Source: Chrysomallon squamiferum
Taxonomy: Eukaryota; Animalia; Mollusca
NCBI GenBank assembly: GCA_012295275.1
Contig: CM022668.1
Span: 3,596,001 to 3,660,000, forward strand
Reading direction: 5' to 3'
DNA: 64,000 nucleotides
The first letter of the stretch is position 1; each line of letters begins with the position of its first letter. Positions 26,395 to 61,009 of this stretch are shown here, in pieces. The notes below the pieces were generated by a model that searched no databases, was not told the DNA's origin, and saw only the letters and a program-made list of their open reading frames with translations. Made by a program: the position numbers and the translations under genes.

Positions 26395-26423
26395 TGACGT
26401 AATTAAGAAGAAATAAGACGTCA
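26395..26423. promoter_or_regulatory. Paired CRE-like sites (TGACGTAA, AGACGTCA) upstream of copy E
   Basis: Homologous to 18443-18472; ends 48 nt before the ATG at 26472. Confidence 0.4.
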
Positions 26424-26471
26424 CGATAACCGAAGACATAGTTTGAATAAAGCAAAAATTAACGTATGATC

Positions 26472-29400
26472 ATGTCTAGGTACTTTAGGAAAAATCTTTT
26501 GGCACAGTATTTAGTAATCTGCCAGATTTTGTTGCGTAAATATAAAAAAGTAATGCCGCGTTCTTCTGCAAAGCGCTGTGACCGATATTTTCGGGTTTGC
26601 GCCTCAGTGACTGTCTTTGTGCTGTATTAACTGGACGAAAATTTAGAAGAGAACACTTTCTTGATGTAACTCACACTTTACCCGAGTTTACTAGTTTGGT
26701 TTTCATCTGAGTAGGATTTTTAAGAAGTATTTCAAAAACTGTGCGGAAAAGAAGTGTTTACTAAACAGACGATATACCCACGAAGGTAATTAAACAATTT
26801 GTTTTGAAAGCTTGACAGTACTTTAGTCTCTGCATGCATGCAAAATCTTTTGTATCAGTTGATTTACGAGAACACGTCTTTTTTCGCAGAAAAATGTTCC
26901 TTACTGTTTAAATGCCAATTTGTACAATATATATATATATATTGTAAATAAATAAATAAAAATAAAGAATTTAATGATATTTTAATTAAATACAAAATCG
27001 TTACTTTTGTTATAATTTAGCAATCACAGACATTCTTAGCCTTTTCCAGTGATATGAATAAAAATCAATCAGACTAAGTTCATTATTTTTGTGTGTGTGT
27101 AGAATATACATCCTTGATTTTCATCATGAAAAACTGTTCCTTTAGACCTCTGCTGACAAAGCTTAGTATTTCAAACAGCGAGTCAGACCCCTAATTTTAA
27201 TTTTAAATTGGTGAATAGATCCACTGTGAATTCTTAATTAAAATGATGTCTGAAGAATACGAAATCAGTCGATGAACATTCCACAGAAGTGTTTTGAGCA
27301 TTTTAGGCAATCATCTTTAAAGTACGCCGTAAGATTTATGTAACATATAACACTTTCAAACGTTGTTATCGTAGTTATTTTACGAGTAAGGACAATCGGT
27401 TTAAAATGCTTAAAGTTAAAATGACAAAATACTTCTGTAGGTGTATCATGGAAGAAGGGCACAAAGCTACCAATCTGAAATGTCTATCAACTGATTTTGT
27501 ACACTTTAGACATCATACATTTTAATTACGCCTGGTTCATAATAAAATGTCAGACTCTTGAGAATGGATGTACAAAAACCTGTTTCAGAATCCGTGTACA
27601 TGATTTACTCATTCTATAGATTTTCATTTTACAATTTAGAACCGCATCAGTTTCTGTTAATAACATGAAGTATGCATCAGCTGTAAGTAAAACAATTAAA
27701 TCTAAGTTTATTGTTTGTTGTTTCCATCATAATCCACGTTAGATAAACACATGAAAATATTTATTTATGTACATCTTTTTTTTTTAAGAATTATTATGAA
27801 GTTGTTTGGTTTGATTTTCTTGCTGGGGTTGGCGTGGTACTCTACAAGCAGCAGCTTCGACTCTGACAAAAGTGACAAATCTGACGGAAAATGTGAAGAT
27901 GTTTCCAGCTGTGCACATGTAAAGAAAACTTCCGTTCATGGTATTTAATTAAAGTCAACACATTTTTGTTATATGATAGTGAACTGTCAGAGGTAAATTC
28001 TGATAAAAACAATAAAATTAGAGATTTAAACACTATGTGTTAAGAACCATTTCAATTATAATTTTAGTAATGTCAGTCAACCTCAGAGGTCTTTCCCATT
28101 CAAGGAATCACTCCGCTTCTGGTGTTCACTGGCCTTGGGAAAATTCACATGAAAAATTCGTTGAGTCATTTAGTCATAAAACTATCTTTCTTCCTTTCAG
28201 AACTAGCACATGAGCAACAGATAATGAATGGCTGTTCTCTGTAACTATATTTTAGGGAAACCTCTGCCACTGATGTTGTGGTGGGATCGTGTCAGGGACA
28301 GTGTAGACGGCAGAGTTGACTGTGGGGATGTTTCTTGTCAGGTGACAACAGACAGGAGCAGGTTACATAAGCAGAAGAACATTATGGTAAGTTTCTTGAT
28401 ACGTCATTACAGAAGGTATATCAAGTCACGTAGCTAAAAGTATATGGATAAGTTTTTATGTGTGTATGTGTGTGTGTGTGTTAGTGTGTGTGTACGTTGT
28501 TACTGCTGCTGTGTTACTGATAATGTAAAATGTCACTTGTAAATTCTGAATACTGAGTGATGAAGTAGGTAAATAAGTCCAGGAAAGATTAAACAAGAAA
28601 AAAATAGAAAAACAAATTAATAAATTGAAAAAATTAAAACAAATGAAACAGAAAAGAAAAAGTCTAAAACCATAAAAGTAAAAATAAAATAATTTAATAA
28701 GAAGAATAATAAAAGAAAATGTAATATTTAAACAAATAAAAATAGAGCAAAACAAGAAAAAAATAAGAATCTCAGGCTGAGTTAACTGGATGTCAGCATG
28801 TTTGAAACAGCTATCTGATTGTTATATTTTAGATGGTTATGTTTTACGGCTCCGAGTTCGCTTTAAGAGGTCTTCCATTTCCGAGGAGACCAAATCACCT
28901 CTGGGCTATACTGCTGGAAGATTTTCCAGAAATTAACTGGTTCCTTTTTCAAAGAAAAGAAGTAACTGATCTCTTTAATGTTTCCTGTACATTCAAGCGA
29001 GAATCGGATTACCCGGAACCAACCATGTGGCTCAAAAACCAAGATGACCTGTTAGACATTACATACGTCTTACCTTTAGCAGACAAAAATCGGCTGAGGA
29101 AAAATGGACTGGCACCAGTTGTATTTATAAGCTCAGACTGTACGGTGCCCACTGATAGATCAGGTTATGTTAGACTTCTTATGCGATATATTGATGTGGA
29201 TTCTTATGGAGAATGCGAAAATAACAAAAGGTTACCGAATAAGTGAGTGTTTTGTTTACAGATAAACATGAGCTATTATTCAAACTTAGAAATGTAGATG
29301 TCATAACATAAAACGGAACACGAAACAAAATGTACATATACATAATTAAAAAGAAAGAAAAAATAAAAAAGATTGGAAAAAAGTATCATAAAAACATGAA

Positions 29401-32400
29401 GAAAAGTAATATTTAAAAATGCTCTTATTATAATTTCTATCAGAATCTTATTATCAGTTATCTGATTGCAACAGTTTACACTTTGTCTTTATGTAACGCA
29501 AATACTCGTAAGTTTGTTCTGTAAGACCATCTGTTCTCCACATATGAGCTTGTTCTATAACAATGGATATACGTTTACTTACTGAATGCAAATAAGAAGA
29601 AATTAAAGTATAACTGTTAAATATCTATACAGTATATTTTTTTTTAGTCACATAACTAGATCTAAACTGTATTCTATCTGCTTTGAACAGTTATAGATGC
29701 TCTTTTTCCTTGCAAATAATATGCAAGTGTAGACATAATAGATATAGTATCAGGACACCTGCCCCCCGGACACCTGCCCCCTGGACAATTGCCCCCGGAC
29801 AGCTACCCTCTAGATCTATAACTGAGATGAATGAAACAGTATATTAGGTCATGCCTTGTAGCAAAAATATTATATTCTCTAAGATGGAGTTCACTGACAA
29901 AACTTGCCTTGGAAAACTATGTGTATGTCCGACAGCAGGAGCTCACTGGTGGAGTGATTTCTTACGCGTGAAGGAAGAAGGCAAAACGTCTGTAAAGCTA
30001 AACTGTTCTGTGACTGAATGCTTCTTTCATTTGAGCCAATGCGTCTGGCACCAAATTCAGCTCGTTAGTCTGACAGTTCGTTACAGTACTGATGAAAGGT
30101 TTGCTTTACTGACCCGTCAGATAGCAGCACTTGCATTAGTTCCAATGGATGAAGTAACGGCAGCTTTTGAAGCACTATCAGAAGCTGATGGTGATGATGC
30201 TGGAGTACTTTGAGGACAATTTCATTTATTGCCAGTATAGCAGAGCTGGTCGCACACATCATCCCCGTTACAGTGTTGGCATGTAGAACATGCACCAAAG
30301 GTTGGAAAAGAATTTGGTGCGGACAAACAACTTCGTGGAAAGGTGGCACAGTTGCTTCAAGTTAAACATTGGTGACTTCCATCTGAATTTCTGGAAATAA
30401 ACCATATGATTGGCGGGGAAGCACCTCAACCACTTCATCGAAAATACCAAGAAGCTTCACTGCGTTTGTTGAAACTGGCCAGACAGCGTGAAAACCGACA
30501 TGTCCTGAACTATCTGAGCACACAACATAAAAGTGTGAAAACTGAAAAGTGTCAGTGAACTCTTGTAAGAAGTGCCTTAATATACATAGTTATAGTTGAA
30601 CCTGTACTTGTGAATGAACTGTTGCTATAAAAAGCTTTACTAGATAACTATGGACAGACTACTCTGAATTTCATTTTACATTTAGTATTTTTGAAGTATT
30701 AAAAAATTTGTCCTTATGCCTGAACATTATTAATGAAAGAAAAAATTGGGGGCAGTTGTCCAGGTTGCAGTTGTCCAGGGTGCAGTTGTCCTAGAATCAA
30801 TAGATACTAGTAGGAGTCTTTTCTTAACACAGGTTGCAAAATTCTTTTTCAATGCATATATGGGATTACGAGATCAAAAGATTTTTGGCTCAATACAAGT
30901 TCATCATCGCCTTTGAGAATGTTGTATGTGATGACTACATTACAGACAAGTTGTGGCGTTCATTTCATCTTGGCATCGTTCCCATTGTGTTCGGCTCGCC
31001 AAAAATAAAGGTAAAAGAAAAAAAAAAAAAAAAAAAAAAAAAAAAACAATTAAATGTAAATAAATTTTGAATGATTAAATGTAAACGGAATAAGAAGCCT
31101 GAAGTCAGTTATGAACAATATTAAGTATTACTGTACACTATACGCAAGATCTGAATGATTTAACACGTATACCTGCACATATTAACTGAAGTGATGGGAA
31201 TTAACAAGCTGGAAATTATTTCATTATTTTATAGCTAAAAAACGAAAACAAATAAACACAAACGCAAAATAAACAAATAAGTAAATAAGTAAATAATAAT
31301 AATAATAATAATAATAATAGTAATACGATCAATGTCGAATCACCCAAGGTGTTTAACCTCGCCATTTTAGATTTTGTTGAAATTTGGTATTTGTTAAATA
31401 TGAGTTAAATCGTAATTTTGGAGATACGGACGCTCAAATTATTGCTTTTTGACAACCCCTCTTTACACCTTGTGCTGCAGTTAGCTTTGAAATGACGTCA
31501 AGTCAAAATTAAACCTCCAAGATATCACCTACAAAATGAAAAACTTTCCCTAGTGTAATATTTTTAGTTTAGTAGTAAAATACTCTTAAAGTGGACATAT
31601 CTTACATATAATAAAATGCCCTTATTGCCACTTCTGATGCTTTAATGTAAACAAAACACCCTGAGATGCGGTAGGGACATATGACAGAAATTTAGTACTC
31701 GATTATATATATCATGGGCGGTGATTTTGGAAGACAGACTTACGTTAAAACAGCAGATGGGTAAGGACGATGAGATAAGAAAAAAGGTAAAGGTTTGTAA
31801 GGAGAACTGAAAATGGGATTATTGGTTTTTATGAAAATTATGAAAATAGATACTTCCTGGAATTAAAGATGCTGTGAGTTTGTAATAAGGTACAATGTCA
31901 AAAGCAGCTAATTTTACTGAATCTTAAGGAGCTTTATTTTTCATGGAAAGAATCCTATCCAGAAAAGAAGACTGGAATATCTTCACTCGCAGCTTTGCTG
32001 TGAAATGATGTGTTCTTTCTGGATTATTTGGAACTCATCTTTTCTGCGTCTGTAAATATCAGCAGAACCTAATCTAAAGCTGAAGCAAGTTTGAAATATT
32101 CCGTTAAAAACTGAACTCCACAGAGGATTAAACATTTATGACAGGTCATGTAATGATTTGGTACCGATAGAACACAGCTGACTGCTATAACACGATTCCA
32201 ACATTGATTCATTAAAACGTTTACATTTCACCTATCTTACCAACAAATTCTACGTGCATACGTAAAGGTCCTAAAATCACCAATGAAGCTGTTAGAAGAA
32301 ACTATTTTACCATGGTAAAACAAGCAGATCACACTCCATCCATTTGTTGCCTATCGCACACTCGAAGATGGTACTCAGATTTCGACAAATTTGTGTGAGG

Positions 32401-33438
32401 AAACATTAATAATTTGACATTAGTGATATATGTTTACAGCAATAAATTCTCGACTACCTGAAGAATGGATTCATGGAAATAAAGAAAGTCCACCCTATCA
32501 CTGAAGCAAATTCCAGAAATCAAATTCTTCAATATCCCAGGTAAAGACGTGATGGAATTCAATACCAGCTTGAAAAATCAATTTCACATTTCAACAAGCA
32601 TTAAAAAAACTCTTCAGCAACTTAAATTTGTATCACTTTTTCATACTTACATCTCTCAAGGTAAAAAGAAGGTCAAAAGATTTTGAAATGCTTATAACAT
32701 AGCTTTCCAGTGACAACAATTTCATGAAAATCGACACACTGATATCTCCAAAACTGCGGCAACAACAACAATAATGAAAATATGTCAGTTATTTTCTTCT
32801 TACTTTTATTAATATTGTTCCTGCTTCTGTCGTTTTACTCACGTATCGTCTTGCAAACACAATCAACATTAACACAGACATATTTTTATTCAAATGTATT
32901 TGTAATTTTAAATTTCTTCCAGGATTTCCTTCCAGCAGAAAATTCCGCTGTTGTCATCAGTGACTTTGGTTCTATTGAAGACGTCGCTGAACATATCGAG
33001 TACTTAGACAAAAGCGACGACGAGTATGAGAAATATCTCGTGTACAAGAAAGACGGCCTCAGCAACTCACTGTTGCAGGACGAGCTGGAACGACGTGAGT
33101 GGGGACCAGGAAAACGTCACAAAAGTTTGACTGAAAAGTTCCAGTGTCAGCTTTGTCATAAACTTCATGATGTGAAAAAAATGGCCGACAAAGGACTCCC
33201 TCTTCCAGCTATGAGAACTGCAAATGAACATTTCAGCTGTCCTCCACCTAGAGACTTTGACGGGTTGGGAAAGTACGAGTTTGAACATACCTTTTTATTG
33301 GAGCAGCTTTTCGCGGAGTTCTACGCAAACAGTCTGTTGCATTACTTAAAGAGGGAAGTGAATGCTACGAAAGATGATCTTTACAGATTTGCAAGACAAC
33401 TGGACCAAACCGCGATGTTAAACTTGGACAGGACATAA
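26472..33438 (+). CDS. GT10 fucosyltransferase-like copy E with altered catalytic motifs, complete 6-exon gene, about 464 aa
   Basis: Exons 26472-26479, 27789-27940, 28256-28386, 28833-29242, 30833-31010, 32923-33438. GT-AG and in frame (1395 nt). Same LLEDFP and YITDK variants as copy D; ends NLDRT*. Confidence 0.9.
29746..30798 (+). mobile_element. Mutator-like (MULE) DNA transposon, internally deleted and decayed, in an intron of copy E
   Basis: Termini carry inverted arrays of ggaca(c/a)(c/t)tgccccc-type repeats (29753-29810 and 30748-30792). 9-bp TSD aatagata(t/c) at 29737-29745 and 30799-30807. Transposase remnants CFFHLSQCVWHQIQ...QIAALALVPMDEV and RTNNFVERWH lie in different frames. 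Confidence 0.88.
31335..32760 (+). mobile_element. Decayed DNA transposon, probably Sola2-like, in last intron of copy E
   Basis: Remnant peptides K*CVLSGLFGTHLFCVCKYQQN (about 32003-32068) and W*NKQITLHPFVAY (about 32313-32354) resemble motifs I recall from invertebrate Sola2-type transposases. Imperfect inverted match ttttggagata at about 31416 and 32743. Absent from the equivalent intron of copy D. Boundaries are approximate. Confidence 0.55.
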
Positions 33439-34474
33439 TTACTTTAGTTGGTACACCCGCCCGCCCTCACACACCGCCCTCACACACATTAATATCACAT
33501 ATATCACTGAAAAGCTATGACAAAAATAATTAATATATTCACGATTCTGATTACAATATAAACGATAACAGAATACCTCAAGATTAATAATAATAATAAA
33601 AAAATATATATATATAAAATAATATAAAACAAATAAATAAAAAAACATTTCTCTGGTATCTATTGTCCAAGCACTTAAACTTATCAAGTTTTCCGTTTTT
33701 CTTTATGTTTTATTATTATTTATTTTTACCGTATATTATTTGTGATTTAAGAGACTAATATATAATTTTAATAATTAATAATTGTTAGTTTTAAAATAAT
33801 AAACTGGAGATTTATTGCAAATCCATTAATGACAGAATTTGTTAATTTCTGAACAGTAATAATTTTTTCTTTAAGTTAAATTATTTTATCAGATATACAC
33901 CAAGAAAAGCCTTTGCTCTAATAATCAACCCATAGATAAGAGTATATGTAAGATCGACAGAAGGATAGATCTACACATACGCATATACATATACATACAT
34001 ATATACATACACAAGCAAAGAAACAAACAGAACTTGTTAAAATGGCACGTACACCTTGAGTCACACAAGCGATTTAAAGTCACCATCTTCAATTTGAGAA
34101 TTAAAGAAATATTTACAACGAAATACTATCCCCGAGCAGTTTCTAGTTTAAATTATTTTCATTGTAGTCGTCACCGTTCTTAACATATTAAACATCATGG
34201 ATTAAACGTCTCGTCGTAGAAAGAAACATGCTATAGACCAAATACACCAGTTTGTAAAAATCAGACAGTTTGACTCAGTTGTCGCTGTAAATAGACAAGC
34301 TAAGAATAAGGATTTAAAGTTTTCTGTAGATCATGTTACACTGTGCTTTGATAGGCTGCACTTTTCAGTGCCAGATAATTCCGTTCAGAATTCGAAATCT
34401 TCTTTCTTCTGATGAACATCTCTCTCTCTCAAAAAACCCCACAAAAACCCACAAAAAAACAAACAACAGCAAAC

Positions 34475-35085
34475 AACAACAACACACCGTTTCAAATAGA
34501 TATAGATATAATTTATTCAACTGTGACAAAAGTAAATGATTTTGTTCACGGCCAACTTCGAGCAATCACATACTGTTATAAATCAGCAATAATTTCACAA
34601 TTAATAACATTAGTGAACACTTTAATAAAATTAATATGAGTTAAGAAGGCAGATAACAGTATGTATATATATATATTTAATGGTTATTAATAATTCGTAT
34701 AATAATTAATAGCAGTAATGAATACTGTATAATAATTAGCTGTGTATCTTATTCATCACAAGCATGTGAATGTCCTTAATGGAAAAATTATACAAAAAAT
34801 CTACAAAGTTCTAGACTAAACCGACAACTAAAGTAAGAGTGTTTAATCTGCTATAATCTTCCCTAAACTAGTTCACTTATACAGCAATTAGTTTTCTAAC
34901 AAATGTTTTGTATTTCTTAGCGTGTGTTTTCATGTCTGTTATGCAGTCCAAAAACATGTATAACAGTTTTCTGTTTATAATTATTGTTGTTACGTTATTT
35001 TTGTTCTTGTTGTTGTTATTATTACTATTATTATCGTTGTTTTTATTATTTTAATATTTTAATTGTTATAAATATAATTATTGTT
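34475..35085. repeat. About 600-bp element, inverted copy of 55548-56145
   Basis: Colinear reverse-complement match, for example gttcacggccaacttcgagcaatcacatactgttataaatcagcaat and gcgtgtgttttcatgtctgttatgcagtccaaaaacatgtataacagttttc. Confidence 0.9.
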
Positions 35086-35566
35086 GTTTTGTTTGTTATT
35101 ATTACTAGCTATTTGTTTGTTTGTTTATTGTTTATTATTACAATTTTCCCACGCTCTCTATAACGGGTGTGAGGCCTATAAAATATAATATAATTATTTT
35201 TTAAATCCTTTGATGTTTCTGATGAAACGAAATCAATGAGAGGATCGTACACATAAACCATAACATTTTTTTTTTCTTTTTTGTCTGATCCCTATTACAT
35301 GAAAATTACATTTAAAAACATGTTTAATTAACATGTCTTTGTACATATTTATAAATCTCGTTTTGTCACAGTATACGTACCTAACAAACATTCACAGTGA
35401 GATAACGTCATTCAAACGTCACGTACACATGTAATGAATATTCACAAAATGTGTAAGCAATGAAAACAATGAAAACTATAATAAATTTGATAAAAGAAAT
35501 CTGGGGAAAAAATTAGATCTTAAAAAGAGGATTATGGAAAAATGGAATATAAAAAATAAAATAATA

Positions 35567-35602
<36 letters not shown>

Positions 35603-35887
35603 TAACATTAATAATAACAAAAAAGAAAATAAGAAAATATATTTTTTTTTTTAAAAAGCACTGAAATTAACATTTACTTTGAAAACATTTTGCAAAGAAA
35701 GAGGAAATCTTTCAGAGATTTAATTATTTATTTCAAAAAATTAAATTAATATGTATATTATTATATATCATTTGAAGGTTCTAGAATGATACCACTGACT
35801 CTGTGAAGTATATGAATGAAAAATCTTCCGTATAAACTGCAACCATTTGATTTTGCTACAGATCAAATATACTAAGAACTAAAAATG

Positions 35888-35889
<2 letters not shown>

Positions 35890-35978
<89 letters not shown>
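35890..35978. repeat. (CT)n(AT)n compound microsatellite
   Basis: Direct reading. Confidence 0.95.
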
Positions 35979-35983
<5 letters not shown>

Positions 35984-36533
35984 AAAGGGCTGTGTAATCT
36001 ATAAAAAATAATAAAGATTTAAACATTCATATATAAATATTTACAAGTTGTTTTTATTATTATTATTTATTATTATTATTATTATTATTATATGCTCCCA
36101 TGAAAAATGTATATATATATATATATACATATATCACATTTTTTAATTTTATAAATAATTTATAAAATACACAAGAAAACATAGTTTTTAGAAAGGATGC
36201 AAAAACATATAGCTTCCTTTTGAATGAAACTGAAAATCTCTGTTTTAAAGTTAACACATGACAGTTAAATATTTTCTGATGTGATGTAGTGTAGATGATA
36301 AATAATTTATTGCAGAAGCTGCACTTATATATATTGATGATCGTGACTAGAGAAATAGCTTCATGGCATTGTTTTATAGAATTAAGCCAAATTACTGAGA
36401 GTTCTGTATTTTTATGTTGGGTTAGAAGGGCAGTTAAAGAAAGCAATAAAAGAAAAGAAAAACTGACACATAGTAATTTAAATCATTCTGTAAATGCATG
36501 ATGATATTAACAACAAGAACAACAACAACAACG

Positions 36534-36578
<45 letters not shown>

Positions 36579-36901
36579 GTAAAATGGCTGGCATCCACAT
36601 CTAATACAAAAAACAAAAAACAAAACAAAAAACTCATAAAAAGTTAAAATCAATTTACAATACGAGCAACGGAAGAACAAAAATTTACTTTTATTTTTGA
36701 CAGAAATCTAATCTACTTCTCTACAATTTTTAATCGTGAATCTGTTTTGTAAATATCATGTTATCAGTCAAATAGAAAAAAAAAAAAAAAAAAGTTCGCT
36801 ACCATCCATCTCACAGCATAAAACAAGCCTTGTGTCAGCCCAAACACTCACCTACACAAAACGTTTCCTGCCGGTTAGGAAACAAGATCAACTTTAATTT
36901 A

Positions 36902-36932
<31 letters not shown>

Positions 36933-37344
36933 CAAGGACAACAAAACAAAACACAAAAAAAAGAAGAAAAAAAATAAATAAATAAACAACAGTAACAAAC
37001 ATTTCGTGAGATTAAATATGATAACGATCACAACTTAAAAATAAGTGGTTGTTTTTTAAAGCAAATTGTCTTTCTAAACTGCAACATACTTTTTAAATAA
37101 TTCTGTAAAATATATAATAATAAAAAAAAAGAAGTTAGAAGAATTTAATAATAATAATAATAATAATAATAAATATGCCAATTAGTATATCTACCAATTT
37201 CAAGATGCCTTATATTGTTTAAAGTAACAACATCCATCCTTGCAAAACGTAACATTGTTACTGTGCCGCTGATGTCATATAAGTCTACGCTGACGTCACA
37301 TAATGAGACATTGCTATCGCTACCTTGCATTACATCATATCCTG

Positions 37345-60188
<22,844 letters not shown>

Positions 60189-60660
60189 CTGAAACGAAAC
60201 AAAACAGGTTATTAGAAAACACGTCATGTGGTGATACCTTTAGTATGCATACAGCTGTTATGTACTTTTTATGTCTCACTTTGGGGATCCAGGATTTCAT
60301 AAAAGCAAAGGCGCTATTACTGACAGGGATGATATCAAGCCTAAAATATTTTCTTATTTCATGTTTGTGCGTGTGTGTGTGTTTATTTATTTATTTATGT
60401 CTTGTGAAAAAAAATAAGATGACAGGCAAATAGGTGCATCTTCCCATAAATACGTTCTAGATTTTCTGTTTGAAATCTGTAAGAAAAGAATGAAATTACA
60501 TCTGATTAATTTTACAAATAAATTAACAAAGAAAACATTTTATTAGTGAATGAAAAGTAGACAAATTAATAAACAGCTGAAGTAGTAGGATTAGTATAGA
60601 AATGACAATGGTAGTAGCAGGATTAACAGTCGTAATAGTAGTAATGTATAATAATTATAC

Positions 60661-60750
60661 TGGTAGCAGCAGTTGCAATAGGAGTAGTGGTAGCAGCAGT
60701 TGCAATAGGAGTAGTGGTAGCAGCAGTTGCAATAGGAGTAGTGGTAGCAG
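60661..60750. repeat. 27-bp tandem repeat, 3.3 copies (tggtagcagcagttgcaataggagtag)
   Basis: Direct reading. Confidence 0.9.
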
Positions 60751-60804
60751 AATTAGAGCATAAGTATCAGGATAATTAATATTACTTTGTGTGTGTGTGT
60801 GTTT

Positions 60805-60872
<68 letters not shown>

Positions 60873-60954
60873 AATTATTTATTTATAAGTGTTTTTTTTA
60901 CAAAAAATAAGATGATAGGCAAATAGGTGCACATTCCCATAAATACGTTCACGA

Positions 60955-61009
<55 letters not shown>

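Noticed and set aside
18541-33438. Copies D and E as an uncollapsed haplotype artefact
   Set aside because: Introns, tails and transposon content differ far more than expected for alleles. Only the perfectly identical tracts need long-read confirmation.
472-33438. FUT ORF fragments as separate small genes or pseudogenes, or a bacterial operon
   Set aside because: Fragments join through canonical GT-AG introns at the same positions and phases in each copy.
60405-60950. About 47-bp direct repeat (aaaataagatga.aggcaaataggtgca..ttcccataaatacgttc) at about 60410 and 60905
   Set aside because: Small local duplication beside (GT)n tracts with no sign of function.
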